A stretch of DNA of 64,000 nt from Candidatus Omnitrophota bacterium (GTDB lineage: Bacteria; Omnitrophota; Gorgyraeia; B26-G9): contig JBDRPX010000004.1 in NCBI GenBank assembly GCA_043826565.1, positions 10,232 to 74,231 on the forward strand. The letters are read 5' to 3'. Under the pieces are notes generated by a model. That model saw only the letters and a program-made list of their open reading frames with translations, did not search any database and was not told the origin of the DNA. How positions within the stretch are numbered: the stretch's first letter is position 1; each line of letters starts with the position of its first letter. The position numbers were made by a program, and so were the translations under genes. This document shows positions 56,089 through 64,000 of the stretch, one piece after another.

Positions 56089-57096
56089 ATGACTATTTGG
56101 GATGAGGTCGGCAAGGCTATAAAAGAGAAGTATATTCCGATTACTATGGTTCTGGAAGCTACCCGGCAATGTAATCTGCAGTGCTGCCATTGCTATAATA
56201 TTAAGGACAATGTGCAGCTGAGTTTTGATCAGATAAAAGACATTGGCGGGCAGCTGCGCCGGGCCGGATGTTTGTTTCTGGTGCTTACCGGAGGCGAAGT
56301 GTTTACAAAACCGGATTTTCTGGACATTGCCGGATATTTACGTAAGCTGGGGTTTGATTTAAAAGTTTTTACTAACGGTACTCTGATTACTTCACAAATG
56401 GTGGAAAGAATAAAAGATCTTGCTTTTAGTGAGGTGGGAATAAGTATTCAGGGAATCAATGCTCAAACGCATGATCGAATTACGGGAAATCCGGGATCTT
56501 TTGCCAAAGCTTTATCGGCAGTAAAGATACTTAAGCAGGCTAAGGTTCCCGTAGGTATAAAAACTACTTTAATGAAAACTAATTTTAGTGAATATAAAGA
56601 AATCATGGAATTAGCGGACAATCTGGGAGTTACCTATGTTATTGATCCGGTTGTTTCTCCGCGGGATGATGGATCAAAAGATGTTTTATCCTGCCGGTTG
56701 AGTGATGGCCAGCTTGAAGAGTTTTATCGGGAACAATTTTCTAAAATTGATTCTGTTTCTGCAGAAGTCAATAATGAGGATATTTGTGAGGCGGGTAAAA
56801 TATTCGGCAGTATTTCGGTTTTAGGTGATGTGTATCCCTGTATTCAAATTCCTTTGAAATGCGGTAATGTTTTCCAGCAGGAGTTTAAAGAGATCTGGGA
56901 TAATAGTGATATTTTAAATAAAATGCGAACAGTAAAACTTTGTGATATTGAAGAGTGTGCGACTTGTAAGATAGCTTATGGCTGTACCCGATGCCCGGGG
57001 CTGGCTTATTTAGAGGACGGAGATTTGTTTGGGCCGTCTTCGGTGGCGTGTATGAACGCGCGTATCTATGAGAAAATTAAAGAGTTAAAAATATAA
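56089..57096 (+). CDS. Radical SAM/SPASM domain protein
   Basis: CNLQCCHC, TGGE, TNG; SPASM CEAG...GDVYPC...CATC.....CTRCPG...C. Confidence 0.92.
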   Translation: MTIWDEVGKAIKEKYIPITMVLEATRQCNLQCCHCYNIKDNVQLSFDQIKDIGGQLRRAGCLFLVLTGGEVFTKPDFLDIAGYLRKLGFDLKVFTNGTLITSQMVERIKDLAFSEVGISIQGINAQTHDRITGNPGSFAKALSAVKILKQAKVPVGIKTTLMKTNFSEYKEIMELADNLGVTYVIDPVVSPRDDGSKDVLSCRLSDGQLEEFYREQFSKIDSVSAEVNNEDICEAGKIFGSISVLGDVYPCIQIPLKCGNVFQQEFKEIWDNSDILNKMRTVKLCDIEECATCKIAYGCTRCPGLAYLEDGDLFGPSSVACMNARIYEKIKELKI

Positions 57097-57100
57097 TATC

Positions 57101-59056
57101 ATGGGATTAAAAATTAAAAATAATATTGGCAATAAACTTCTCGTTCAGATGATTATTGTGGTAATGATCATCGCCGCGGGATTCTATTCAATTATCAGCA
57201 TGCAGACTAAGGAGCTTGAGAAAAGAATATTCGATAAAGCTAAATTGTTTTCCACGATCCTGGGAGTGCATCTGGATAGAATAATCAGTGATAATATTTC
57301 CGCCTATAATAGCCTGCAAATGATTGTTAAGGGGATTGCTAAAACACATGAATCAGTAGAAGATATCCGGATTATTGCTCCGGAATTTATTGTCTTAGCT
57401 TCAAGTTCTCCGGAATATGTATGGCAGGCGGTAGATTCCGAGTATGTCGAAGTGATAAAAGATGTTGCCGCGAATATGAAGCCCCGGTCTTTGCTTAAGA
57501 CGGAATTAGGTAAAGACCTGGTTATCCATTTTATGCCTCTTTTGTCTTTGGATAAAGAAAAGCGGCTGATCGGAGTTATGCAGATCGCAGCGCGGTTTCC
57601 CTCACAGCAGGCGCAGACAATGGCTTATTTGCGCAGCAATAAGTCTGTTTATTATAAGGAGGAAGCCGCTGGATTTGCCCAGCAGGTATCTAAAGATCTT
57701 AAGAGCGCTTTGGATGAAGTGGATAAGAATTTTAGATATTTGGATGCTCTTTTGGCGAGTATGTTAAAGGATGATGAAATTCAGGATGTAAAACTATTTT
57801 CACATGATTTGCGTTTATTAGGATCCGGCAGTTCCGGACGCAAAACGCCGTTTATTTCTCAAAGAGAAATTGCTTTATATGAAAAAGCTGTTTTAGGTGA
57901 AGAAACATTGAACCTTAAGACCCCGGGGAAAAATGAGCAGCGCGAATTAGTCAGCCCGCTGTATTTAACACAAAATAATAATCGGGAGATCATTGGCGCG
58001 GTGGGAATCACAGTTTCCCTGATCAGGATAAATGCTTTAGTAGAGGCCCGGAGAAAAAATATTCTGGTGATGAGCCTGGTTATTATTGCCGCGTTTTGTT
58101 TGTTGATCGGTGTGTTTTTCAGAAAGACGGTTATGCTTCCGATAGATAAACTCATGGCCATGACTCAGCGGATAGGAAAGGGAAACTTCTCTCAGAAAGT
58201 AGTGATCAACTCTAATGATGAAATCGGCAGTCTGGCCCAGGCTTTAAACCAGATGTCGGATGAGTTGTTTAAATCAAAACAGGAAATAGAAAGATGGAAT
58301 CTTACGCTCAAAGATCGTGTGGTTGAGGTTACTAAGGAACTTCAGCAAAAGCAGGCCCAGCTTATGGAATCCGAAAGAATGGCGTCTTTGGGGGTGCTGT
58401 CGAGCGGGATTGCTCATGAAATAAATAATCCCTTGGGAATTATTCTCGGGCACGCGCAAATGCTGTTAAAGGAATTGAACACAAAAGGTAATATCCAGAA
58501 TGCCCAGGAAGCGGCGGTTCTTTTAAAGACCATAGAAGAATATACCAAGCGGTGTTCGTATATCGTAAATAGCCTCCTGGAATTTTCCCGAAAAAAAGAA
58601 TTGCAGTTTCAGTCTGTTTCGGTGACGGCGGCAATAGAGAATGCTTTAATGTTTACGAGCAGCCGTTTGGGGCAAAAGGGAATAAATGTAACCAAGGAAT
58701 ACAGTAAAAATATGCCTCAAATTTCCGCGGACTCAATACATCTGGAGCAGGTGTTTATTAATATAATTCTTAATGCCGAACAAAGTATGTCCGGAGGCGG
58801 CCAGCTGAAAGTAACCGCGGATATGAAAAAAAATGATATTTTGATCAGCTTTTGTGATACCGGACAGGGAATAGCTGAGGATGATCTTAAGAAAATATTT
58901 GATCCGTTTTTTACCACGCGTCAGCCGGGAGAAGGATCCGGATTAGGGCTGGCGATTAGTTATGGAATTATTAAGGCGCATAGCGGAGATATAATTGTGG
59001 AAAGTAAAAAAGGCCAAGGCACAAAAGTAATGGTGAAACTGCCAATAAAAAAATAA
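57101..59056 (+). CDS. Membrane sensor histidine kinase (duplicated periplasmic sensor, HAMP, HisKA, HATPase)
   Basis: Two TMs, DEIGSLA HAMP, AHEINNPL, NIILNA, DTGQG, FDPFFTT, GSGLGL. Confidence 0.95.
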   Translation: MGLKIKNNIGNKLLVQMIIVVMIIAAGFYSIISMQTKELEKRIFDKAKLFSTILGVHLDRIISDNISAYNSLQMIVKGIAKTHESVEDIRIIAPEFIVLASSSPEYVWQAVDSEYVEVIKDVAANMKPRSLLKTELGKDLVIHFMPLLSLDKEKRLIGVMQIAARFPSQQAQTMAYLRSNKSVYYKEEAAGFAQQVSKDLKSALDEVDKNFRYLDALLASMLKDDEIQDVKLFSHDLRLLGSGSSGRKTPFISQREIALYEKAVLGEETLNLKTPGKNEQRELVSPLYLTQNNNREIIGAVGITVSLIRINALVEARRKNILVMSLVIIAAFCLLIGVFFRKTVMLPIDKLMAMTQRIGKGNFSQKVVINSNDEIGSLAQALNQMSDELFKSKQEIERWNLTLKDRVVEVTKELQQKQAQLMESERMASLGVLSSGIAHEINNPLGIILGHAQMLLKELNTKGNIQNAQEAAVLLKTIEEYTKRCSYIVNSLLEFSRKKELQFQSVSVTAAIENALMFTSSRLGQKGINVTKEYSKNMPQISADSIHLEQVFINIILNAEQSMSGGGQLKVTADMKKNDILISFCDTGQGIAEDDLKKIFDPFFTTRQPGEGSGLGLAISYGIIKAHSGDIIVESKKGQGTKVMVKLPIKK

Positions 59057-59063
59057 TTAACCT

Positions 59064-59087
59064 GTAGGGGCCTGGCTTGCCTGGCCC
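59064..59087 (+). repeat. GTAG-type REP-like palindrome
   Basis: GTAG + GGGCC-TGGC-TT-GCC-T-GGCCC. Confidence 0.55.
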
Positions 59088-59108
59088 GCAACTTCAAGAG
59101 GTTTTTCA

Positions 59109-60521
59109 ATGCACAAAGAGCATATTTTAGTTGTCGATGATGAGCATGGAATGCGGGAATATCTAAAAAAACTTTTAACGGATAATAATTATTTCGTATC
59201 CCTTGCCGCTAATGGCGCGGAGGCATTAGAGCAGATAAAAAATGATGAGCCGGCTGTGGCCTTAATGGATTTTAAAATGCCGAATATGAACGGATTGGAA
59301 CTGTTGGAAAAATTTAAACAGATGCATCCGCATATAACGGTGATCATGATGACTGCTTACGGCACGGTGGAAAACGCGATCAAAGCTATGAAGCTGGGCG
59401 CGTATGATTATCTGAATAAACCATTTGAAATGGAAGAAATACTATTGGTTATCGCTAAGGCTTTAGAGAAAAGGCGTCTGGAAAAAGAAAACATTTCTTT
59501 GCGTAAGCAGATTAAAAAGACATATACTTTTGAGGATATTGTTTCCGGAAATAATCAAATGCAGCAAATTTTTGAAATTGTAAAAAAAGTGGCCGGGGCA
59601 AGAAGTACGGTGCTTATTGAAGGTGAAACCGGAACCGGTAAAGAACTGGTTGCCCGGGCTATTCATAACCTAAGCGAGCGGAAAGACAAGCCTTTTATTG
59701 CGGTTGACTGCAGTGCGCTTACGGAAAGTCTTTTAGAAAGTGAATTATTCGGCCATGTGCGGGGCGCGTTTACCGGAGCAACTAGAGATAAAAAAGGGCT
59801 TTTTGAAACTGCTGACGCCGGAACGATATTTTTGGATGAAGTCGGGCATATGTCTTTGGAGATTCAGTCAAAATTATTACGCGTATTGCAGGAGGGGGAA
59901 ATTAAGCGTGTCGGCCAGGCTACTCCGCATAAAGTGGATGTCCGCCTTATTGTTGCGGCTAATGAGCGTTTGGAAAACAGGATAAAAGCCGGTAAGTTCC
60001 GGCAGGACCTTTATTACCGGATCAATGTCGTGCCTGTATATCTGCCGCCGCTTAGAGAGCGCAGTGAAGATGTGCCTCTTTTGATTGAATATTTTATTGG
60101 GAAGTATAATAGTATTGAAGGCAAACAGTTAAAGGATATATCTCTGGATGCGTTGAAAGTTTTAATGGATTATTGCTGGCCGGGGAATGTGCGGGAACTG
60201 GAAAATCTTATTCATCGCGCGGTGGTTATGGAGGTAGGGCCAATGATCACTCTTAATGATTTGCCCGCAAACATAAGAATGCCGGAGACCGCGGAAAAGC
60301 GGGAGGAATTGCCGCGGATAAAAAATTTCCGCCAGGCCAAGCGAAAAATCGTAGAGTCATTTGAAAAAAGGTTTTTAACGGAAGCCTTGACGAGGCATAA
60401 CGGCAATGTGAGTAAAGCGGCGAGAGAAATGGGATTGGATCGGAGGAATTTGCAAAGGAAATTTAAAGATTGTGATATAGATTCTGATAAATTTAGAGTT
60501 AAGGGAAGACCTCTCACCTAA
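59109..60521 (+). CDS. NtrC-family sigma54-dependent response regulator
   Basis: REC domain (VDDE, D), GETGTGKE, ESELFGH, GAFTGA, WPGNVREL, Fis HTH. Confidence 0.96.
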   Translation: MHKEHILVVDDEHGMREYLKKLLTDNNYFVSLAANGAEALEQIKNDEPAVALMDFKMPNMNGLELLEKFKQMHPHITVIMMTAYGTVENAIKAMKLGAYDYLNKPFEMEEILLVIAKALEKRRLEKENISLRKQIKKTYTFEDIVSGNNQMQQIFEIVKKVAGARSTVLIEGETGTGKELVARAIHNLSERKDKPFIAVDCSALTESLLESELFGHVRGAFTGATRDKKGLFETADAGTIFLDEVGHMSLEIQSKLLRVLQEGEIKRVGQATPHKVDVRLIVAANERLENRIKAGKFRQDLYYRINVVPVYLPPLRERSEDVPLLIEYFIGKYNSIEGKQLKDISLDALKVLMDYCWPGNVRELENLIHRAVVMEVGPMITLNDLPANIRMPETAEKREELPRIKNFRQAKRKIVESFEKRFLTEALTRHNGNVSKAAREMGLDRRNLQRKFKDCDIDSDKFRVKGRPLT

Positions 60522-60558
60522 AAGGTTCGAGGTTAATTTGTTTACACAAATTAAGGAG
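60507..60558 (+). repeat. Two-hairpin + SD leader motif, copy 3
   Basis: AGACCTCTC-ACCTAAAAGGT-TCGAGGT-TAATTTGT-TTAC-ACAAATTA-AGGAG. Confidence 0.85.
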
Positions 60559-60565
60559 GTGTTGT

Positions 60566-61039
60566 ATGAAGTGTCCGAAGTGTGATAGTGCTCTAAGGAC
60601 GGCTAAGCATAGTGATGTTACCATTGATTTCTGTGAATTATGTTATGGAATTTGGCTGGATAAAGGGGAGTTGGAAAGAATAGCTGCTTATGAAAAAAAA
60701 GACGCGGCAAAAGCTGTGGAAACCCTGAAGAACTTGCTTAAGGCGGAAAATGAAATTGTTCAGGAGCAGAGTATTTGCTGTCCGCATTGTGAACAACAAA
60801 TGCAGAAAATTAAATTCACCACTAAGGACGGAATTGTTGCCGATAAATGTGCCGGCTGCCAGGGTATTTGGTTTGATAAGGGTGAATTAATATCAATTAC
60901 TGATCATATGGACGGAAAAAAGAATTCTAATCCAGGCCAGAGCAGGGATGTTTCCCTCTTACCCAGCATATTGGCTTTGGGAGGTATCATTGCTTTGTTC
61001 ATTTTATTATTGATTTGGGCTATTAGTTATTTTAAATAA
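60566..61039 (+). CDS. Tandem zf-TFIIB-like zinc-ribbon protein with C-terminal TM
   Basis: Twice CPxC...D.C..C.GIW.DKGEL. Confidence 0.85.
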   Translation: MKCPKCDSALRTAKHSDVTIDFCELCYGIWLDKGELERIAAYEKKDAAKAVETLKNLLKAENEIVQEQSICCPHCEQQMQKIKFTTKDGIVADKCAGCQGIWFDKGELISITDHMDGKKNSNPGQSRDVSLLPSILALGGIIALFILLLIWAISYFK

Positions 61040-61186
61040 TAGCGTGTTTAATGTCGCGATGTGTCTAAAAATACGCATTAATTTTATTGATTTTGCGTTT
61101 TCAGAATTTCCTCATATTTTTATAAATATAACTCCTGTATTTTAAATAGGTTATATCAAGGCAAAATTTGCCGATTATTTATAGGT

Positions 61187-61202
61187 TGGCATATTGATTG
61201 CT
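61187..61202 (+). promoter_or_regulatory. Sigma54 (-24/-12) promoter
   Basis: TGGCAT-ATTGA-TTGCT matches TGGCAC-N5-TTGCW; 45 nt upstream of ATG61248. Confidence 0.8.
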
Positions 61203-61247
61203 TACTATATATATGTATATTTAAAAAATAAAAAATTGGAGTTAATA

Positions 61248-64000
61248 ATGTCAGCTAAAACCCTAAAAATCTTCCTGTTTTTTACCCTTATTTTTTGTGT
61301 TGGAGTAGTACCTGCGCAAGCCGGTCTTAAGGTGCAAAAAGGTGAGACGACTATTGTAAACGGTCAAACATCAGTAACAGTTAATATTACAGCAGTTAGT
61401 GATCTTTCCCGCGCAATGCTGCTGATGTGGTCATCTGGTGATAGCGGTACAGACTGGGGAGAAGCCTGGCAGGCAACCGGATATCTTTCTTCTACCAGCC
61501 AGATAGCTTTTGAGCGGGTGGGCACACGGGATGATTGTCAGATCGGATATTATGTTGTTGAAGCAGAAAATCAGGAATTCGAAGTTATTGACCGGGGATT
61601 AATGGTTATCGGGGCTGAGAATACGATGCAGGATACTGATATTTCTCAGGCGATTGACCAGGCTCATACCGCTATAATCGCAAGCTCAATGTTAGGAGAT
61701 GCCACCGGCAATGATGATGAAGTGCATAAAGGTTTTGCCACGGTACATTTTGTGGATAATGATACTATTCGCGCGACTCGAGGCGCTTCCGGAACATATT
61801 CCTGTGATGTGCGATATCAGGTGGTACAGTGGCTGGATATAATCAATGTGCAAAGTAAAGAATTTAGTTCATCTATTAGTACTACGGAACTTACCCAATC
61901 TATTGATACTCCTGTAACTGCAACGCGTACCTGGTTATATGCTACAGCCAGCCATTCCGGAGGCAGCGGTATTTCTCAGGTTGCGGTGGATACCTATCTT
62001 AAAGACGGATCAACTGTTGGATTTAGAAGGCGTCAAGGAACTTATAGTGACGCGATTCGCTGGTGGGCCATAGAATTTCCCTCAGATGTTTCTGTCCAGC
62101 ACGTATCTGGGGCAGCGGCAACCGGTGATCTTACTGTGGTAACACCGATCAGTGCGGTGACGATTGCTAATTCCTGGTCCGATGTTTATAATAATTGTAA
62201 TGGTACCGGACAGGCATTACCTCGTCAGGCTTTTTATACTCAGATTACATCAACAACTCAGGTTACCAATACCCGGTATTACAGCGGGCAGGCTGCGGAT
62301 TTATCCGTGGAAGTGATTGATACCGCAGGTTGGACTGTTACAGTGCCTACGGTAAATATTACGGTAACTCCTAATATTACCAAGTCACAAACCGCGGGAA
62401 ACCTGGAAATTAAACTGGTATTCAGTGAAAGTATGAACCCTTCCGTATCTCCGGTAGTGATGTATGACCCGGCGGGAACGACCGGAGCGCAGTCATGTAC
62501 CGGAGGGACATGGTCAACAACGACTTATTCTAATGATACTTATACGGTATATAATGATGCGGCGATCGATGAGGCTACCGGCGACGGCATTGCAGCTGTC
62601 AGTGTCAGCGGAGCAAAGAGCGTGATTGGGGTTATTATGACCCCGGATACTAATGATACCTTTGTCATCGATACTGCAGCGCCGGCAAATCCGGGCGCGC
62701 CGTGTAATGCCTGGGAAAGTTCAGCGAAAATAACTTCGCTGACCGATGATACCTGGCAGGAAAACGATGATACACCTTATTTTGAATGGGCCGGAGCAAG
62801 TGACAGCGGCGGTTCCGGAGTAAGCGGTTATTCTGTTTATTGGGGGAATGATCCAAATGGTGTACCGGCGGCAACTCAGGAACAGACAGCAGCTAATTTT
62901 GATGTGACCGCAGCCACAGGAGACGGGGTATTTTTCTTAAGAGTAAGGACATTTGATAATGCGTCCAATTACAGTGACCCGGTGACCTTATTTACATTTC
63001 GTTATGATGCCGGGGCACCAACAAATCCGAATGTGCCTTGTGATGGCTGGCAGACAAGTTTAAAGTTAGATGCAATCAGTAATGATACCTGGCAGGAAAG
63101 TGACGATACTCCCTATTTTGAATGGACCGGGGCCAATGACGCTGGCGGTTCCGGAGTAAGCGGTTATTCTGTTTACTGGGGAACTGATCCCGGAGGAGAG
63201 CCCGGGATTACGCAGGCACAGGGAAACGCCGATTATGAAGTAACTACTCCAACCGGTGACGGGACTTATTATTTAAGGGTGAGAACATTTGATAATGTGA
63301 ATCATTACAGCGCGCCGGTAACTTTATTTACTTTTCATTATGATGCGACTGCGCCGTCTAATCCCAACACTCCCTGTAATGCCTGGGATTCTTCTTCTAA
63401 AAATACAGTGGTATCTGACAATATTCCGCAAGGCGCGGACGATACTCCTTATTTTGAATGGACCGGAGCCAATGACGGCAATGGGCAGGGAGTAAGCGGA
63501 TATTCTGTATATTTAGGAACGAATTCCGAAGGCGAGCCTGGAACTACTCAGGAGCAGTCCGGGGCCAGTTATGATGTAACGGCTTCAACGGGTGCGGGAA
63601 CATTTTATCTGCGGGTGCGGACTTTTGACAGTTTGGGGCACTACAGTGAACCAACAACTTTGTTTACATTTATCTATGATGAAACCAAACCGACAATGAG
63701 TATCGGCGTGCTTCCTGATCCTGCCGGACATCGGGCAGTGGGGGAATTGGCATTTATCCTGATTTTTTCCGAGTCAATGGATACCGGAACAATACCGGTA
63801 GTAACCTATGACCCGGCCGGGTCAACTGGTTTGCAAAGTGCGGCTACTAATGGTTCCTGGTCGACGACTAACAATAATAATGACACATATACCGTATATA
63901 ACAGCAGTGCTATCAATAGTTCAACGGGTGACGGCATTGCGGCTATAACCATTAGCGCGGCTAAAGATATTGCCGGCAATACAATGCTTGATGATACTAA
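61248..64000 (+). CDS. Large secreted repetitive beta-rich surface protein/adhesin, 3'-truncated by window edge
   Basis: Open frame from ATG61248 to the window end (>917 aa; absent from the ORF track because it has no stop); signal peptide ending AQA; three 112-aa FN3/Ig-like repeats and two FSESM..YDPAG Ig-like repeats. Confidence 0.88.
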   Translation, partial: MSAKTLKIFLFFTLIFCVGVVPAQAGLKVQKGETTIVNGQTSVTVNITAVSDLSRAMLLMWSSGDSGTDWGEAWQATGYLSSTSQIAFERVGTRDDCQIGYYVVEAENQEFEVIDRGLMVIGAENTMQDTDISQAIDQAHTAIIASSMLGDATGNDDEVHKGFATVHFVDNDTIRATRGASGTYSCDVRYQVVQWLDIINVQSKEFSSSISTTELTQSIDTPVTATRTWLYATASHSGGSGISQVAVDTYLKDGSTVGFRRRQGTYSDAIRWWAIEFPSDVSVQHVSGAAATGDLTVVTPISAVTIANSWSDVYNNCNGTGQALPRQAFYTQITSTTQVTNTRYYSGQAADLSVEVIDTAGWTVTVPTVNITVTPNITKSQTAGNLEIKLVFSESMNPSVSPVVMYDPAGTTGAQSCTGGTWSTTTYSNDTYTVYNDAAIDEATGDGIAAVSVSGAKSVIGVIMTPDTNDTFVIDTAAPANPGAPCNAWESSAKITSLTDDTWQENDDTPYFEWAGASDSGGSGVSGYSVYWGNDPNGVPAATQEQTAANFDVTAATGDGVFFLRVRTFDNASNYSDPVTLFTFRYDAGAPTNPNVPCDGWQTSLKLDAISNDTWQESDDTPYFEWTGANDAGGSGVSGYSVYWGTDPGGEPGITQAQGNADYEVTTPTGDGTYYLRVRTFDNVNHYSAPVTLFTFHYDATAPSNPNTPCNAWDSSSKNTVVSDNIPQGADDTPYFEWTGANDGNGQGVSGYSVYLGTNSEGEPGTTQEQSGASYDVTASTGAGTFYLRVRTFDSLGHYSEPTTLFTFIYDETKPTMSIGVLPDPAGHRAVGELAFILIFSESMDTGTIPVVTYDPAGSTGLQSAATNGSWSTTNNNNDTYTVYNSSAINSSTGDGIAAITISAAKDIAGNTMLDDT

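Noticed and set aside
55809-56114. 101-aa minus-strand ORF as a precursor peptide
   Set aside because: Antisense to the PqqD gene and largely translated from the heptamer repeats; no SD
62665-62874. 69-aa minus-strand ORF
   Set aside because: Antisense to the large + strand surface-protein frame

Overview
AT-rich bacterial chromosome window, almost entirely coded on the + strand. The gene repertoire would fit a PVC-type anaerobe such as Ca. Omnitrophota, but this is inference and cannot be proven here. 1-31 kb is mostly housekeeping: lysA-dapF-dapA-dapB-dapL, folK, panC/panD, nadA-nadX, rmuC, two PilZ proteins, four tRNAs plus a disrupted tRNA-Arg fragment, tig-clpP-serA, two long coiled-coil envelope proteins, purA, larB/larC, secG, a peptide-binding protein, an M48 peptidase and a LOG protein. 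31-49 kb is a Wzx/Wzy surface polysaccharide locus rich in tailoring enzymes. 50-64 kb holds an ABC-2 exporter, a SurA-like protein and a RiPP-like maturation cassette (S26-like peptidase, nucleotidyltransferase, HprK-like kinase, PqqD/RRE, radical SAM/SPASM) with no visible precursor peptide. It is followed by a sensor kinase, a sigma54 activator and a sigma54 promoter in front of a large repetitive secreted protein that runs off the window. The most unusual non-coding signals are: (i) a three-copy, covarying two-hairpin leader fused to a Shine-Dalgarno sequence; (ii) about a dozen intergenic elements built from inverted arms of 7-nt-periodic repeats whose unit differs from site to site; (iii) a 134-bp insert flanked by a duplicated tRNA-Gly 3' end; (iv) a hairpin insertion in the D-loop of a truncated tRNA-Arg.
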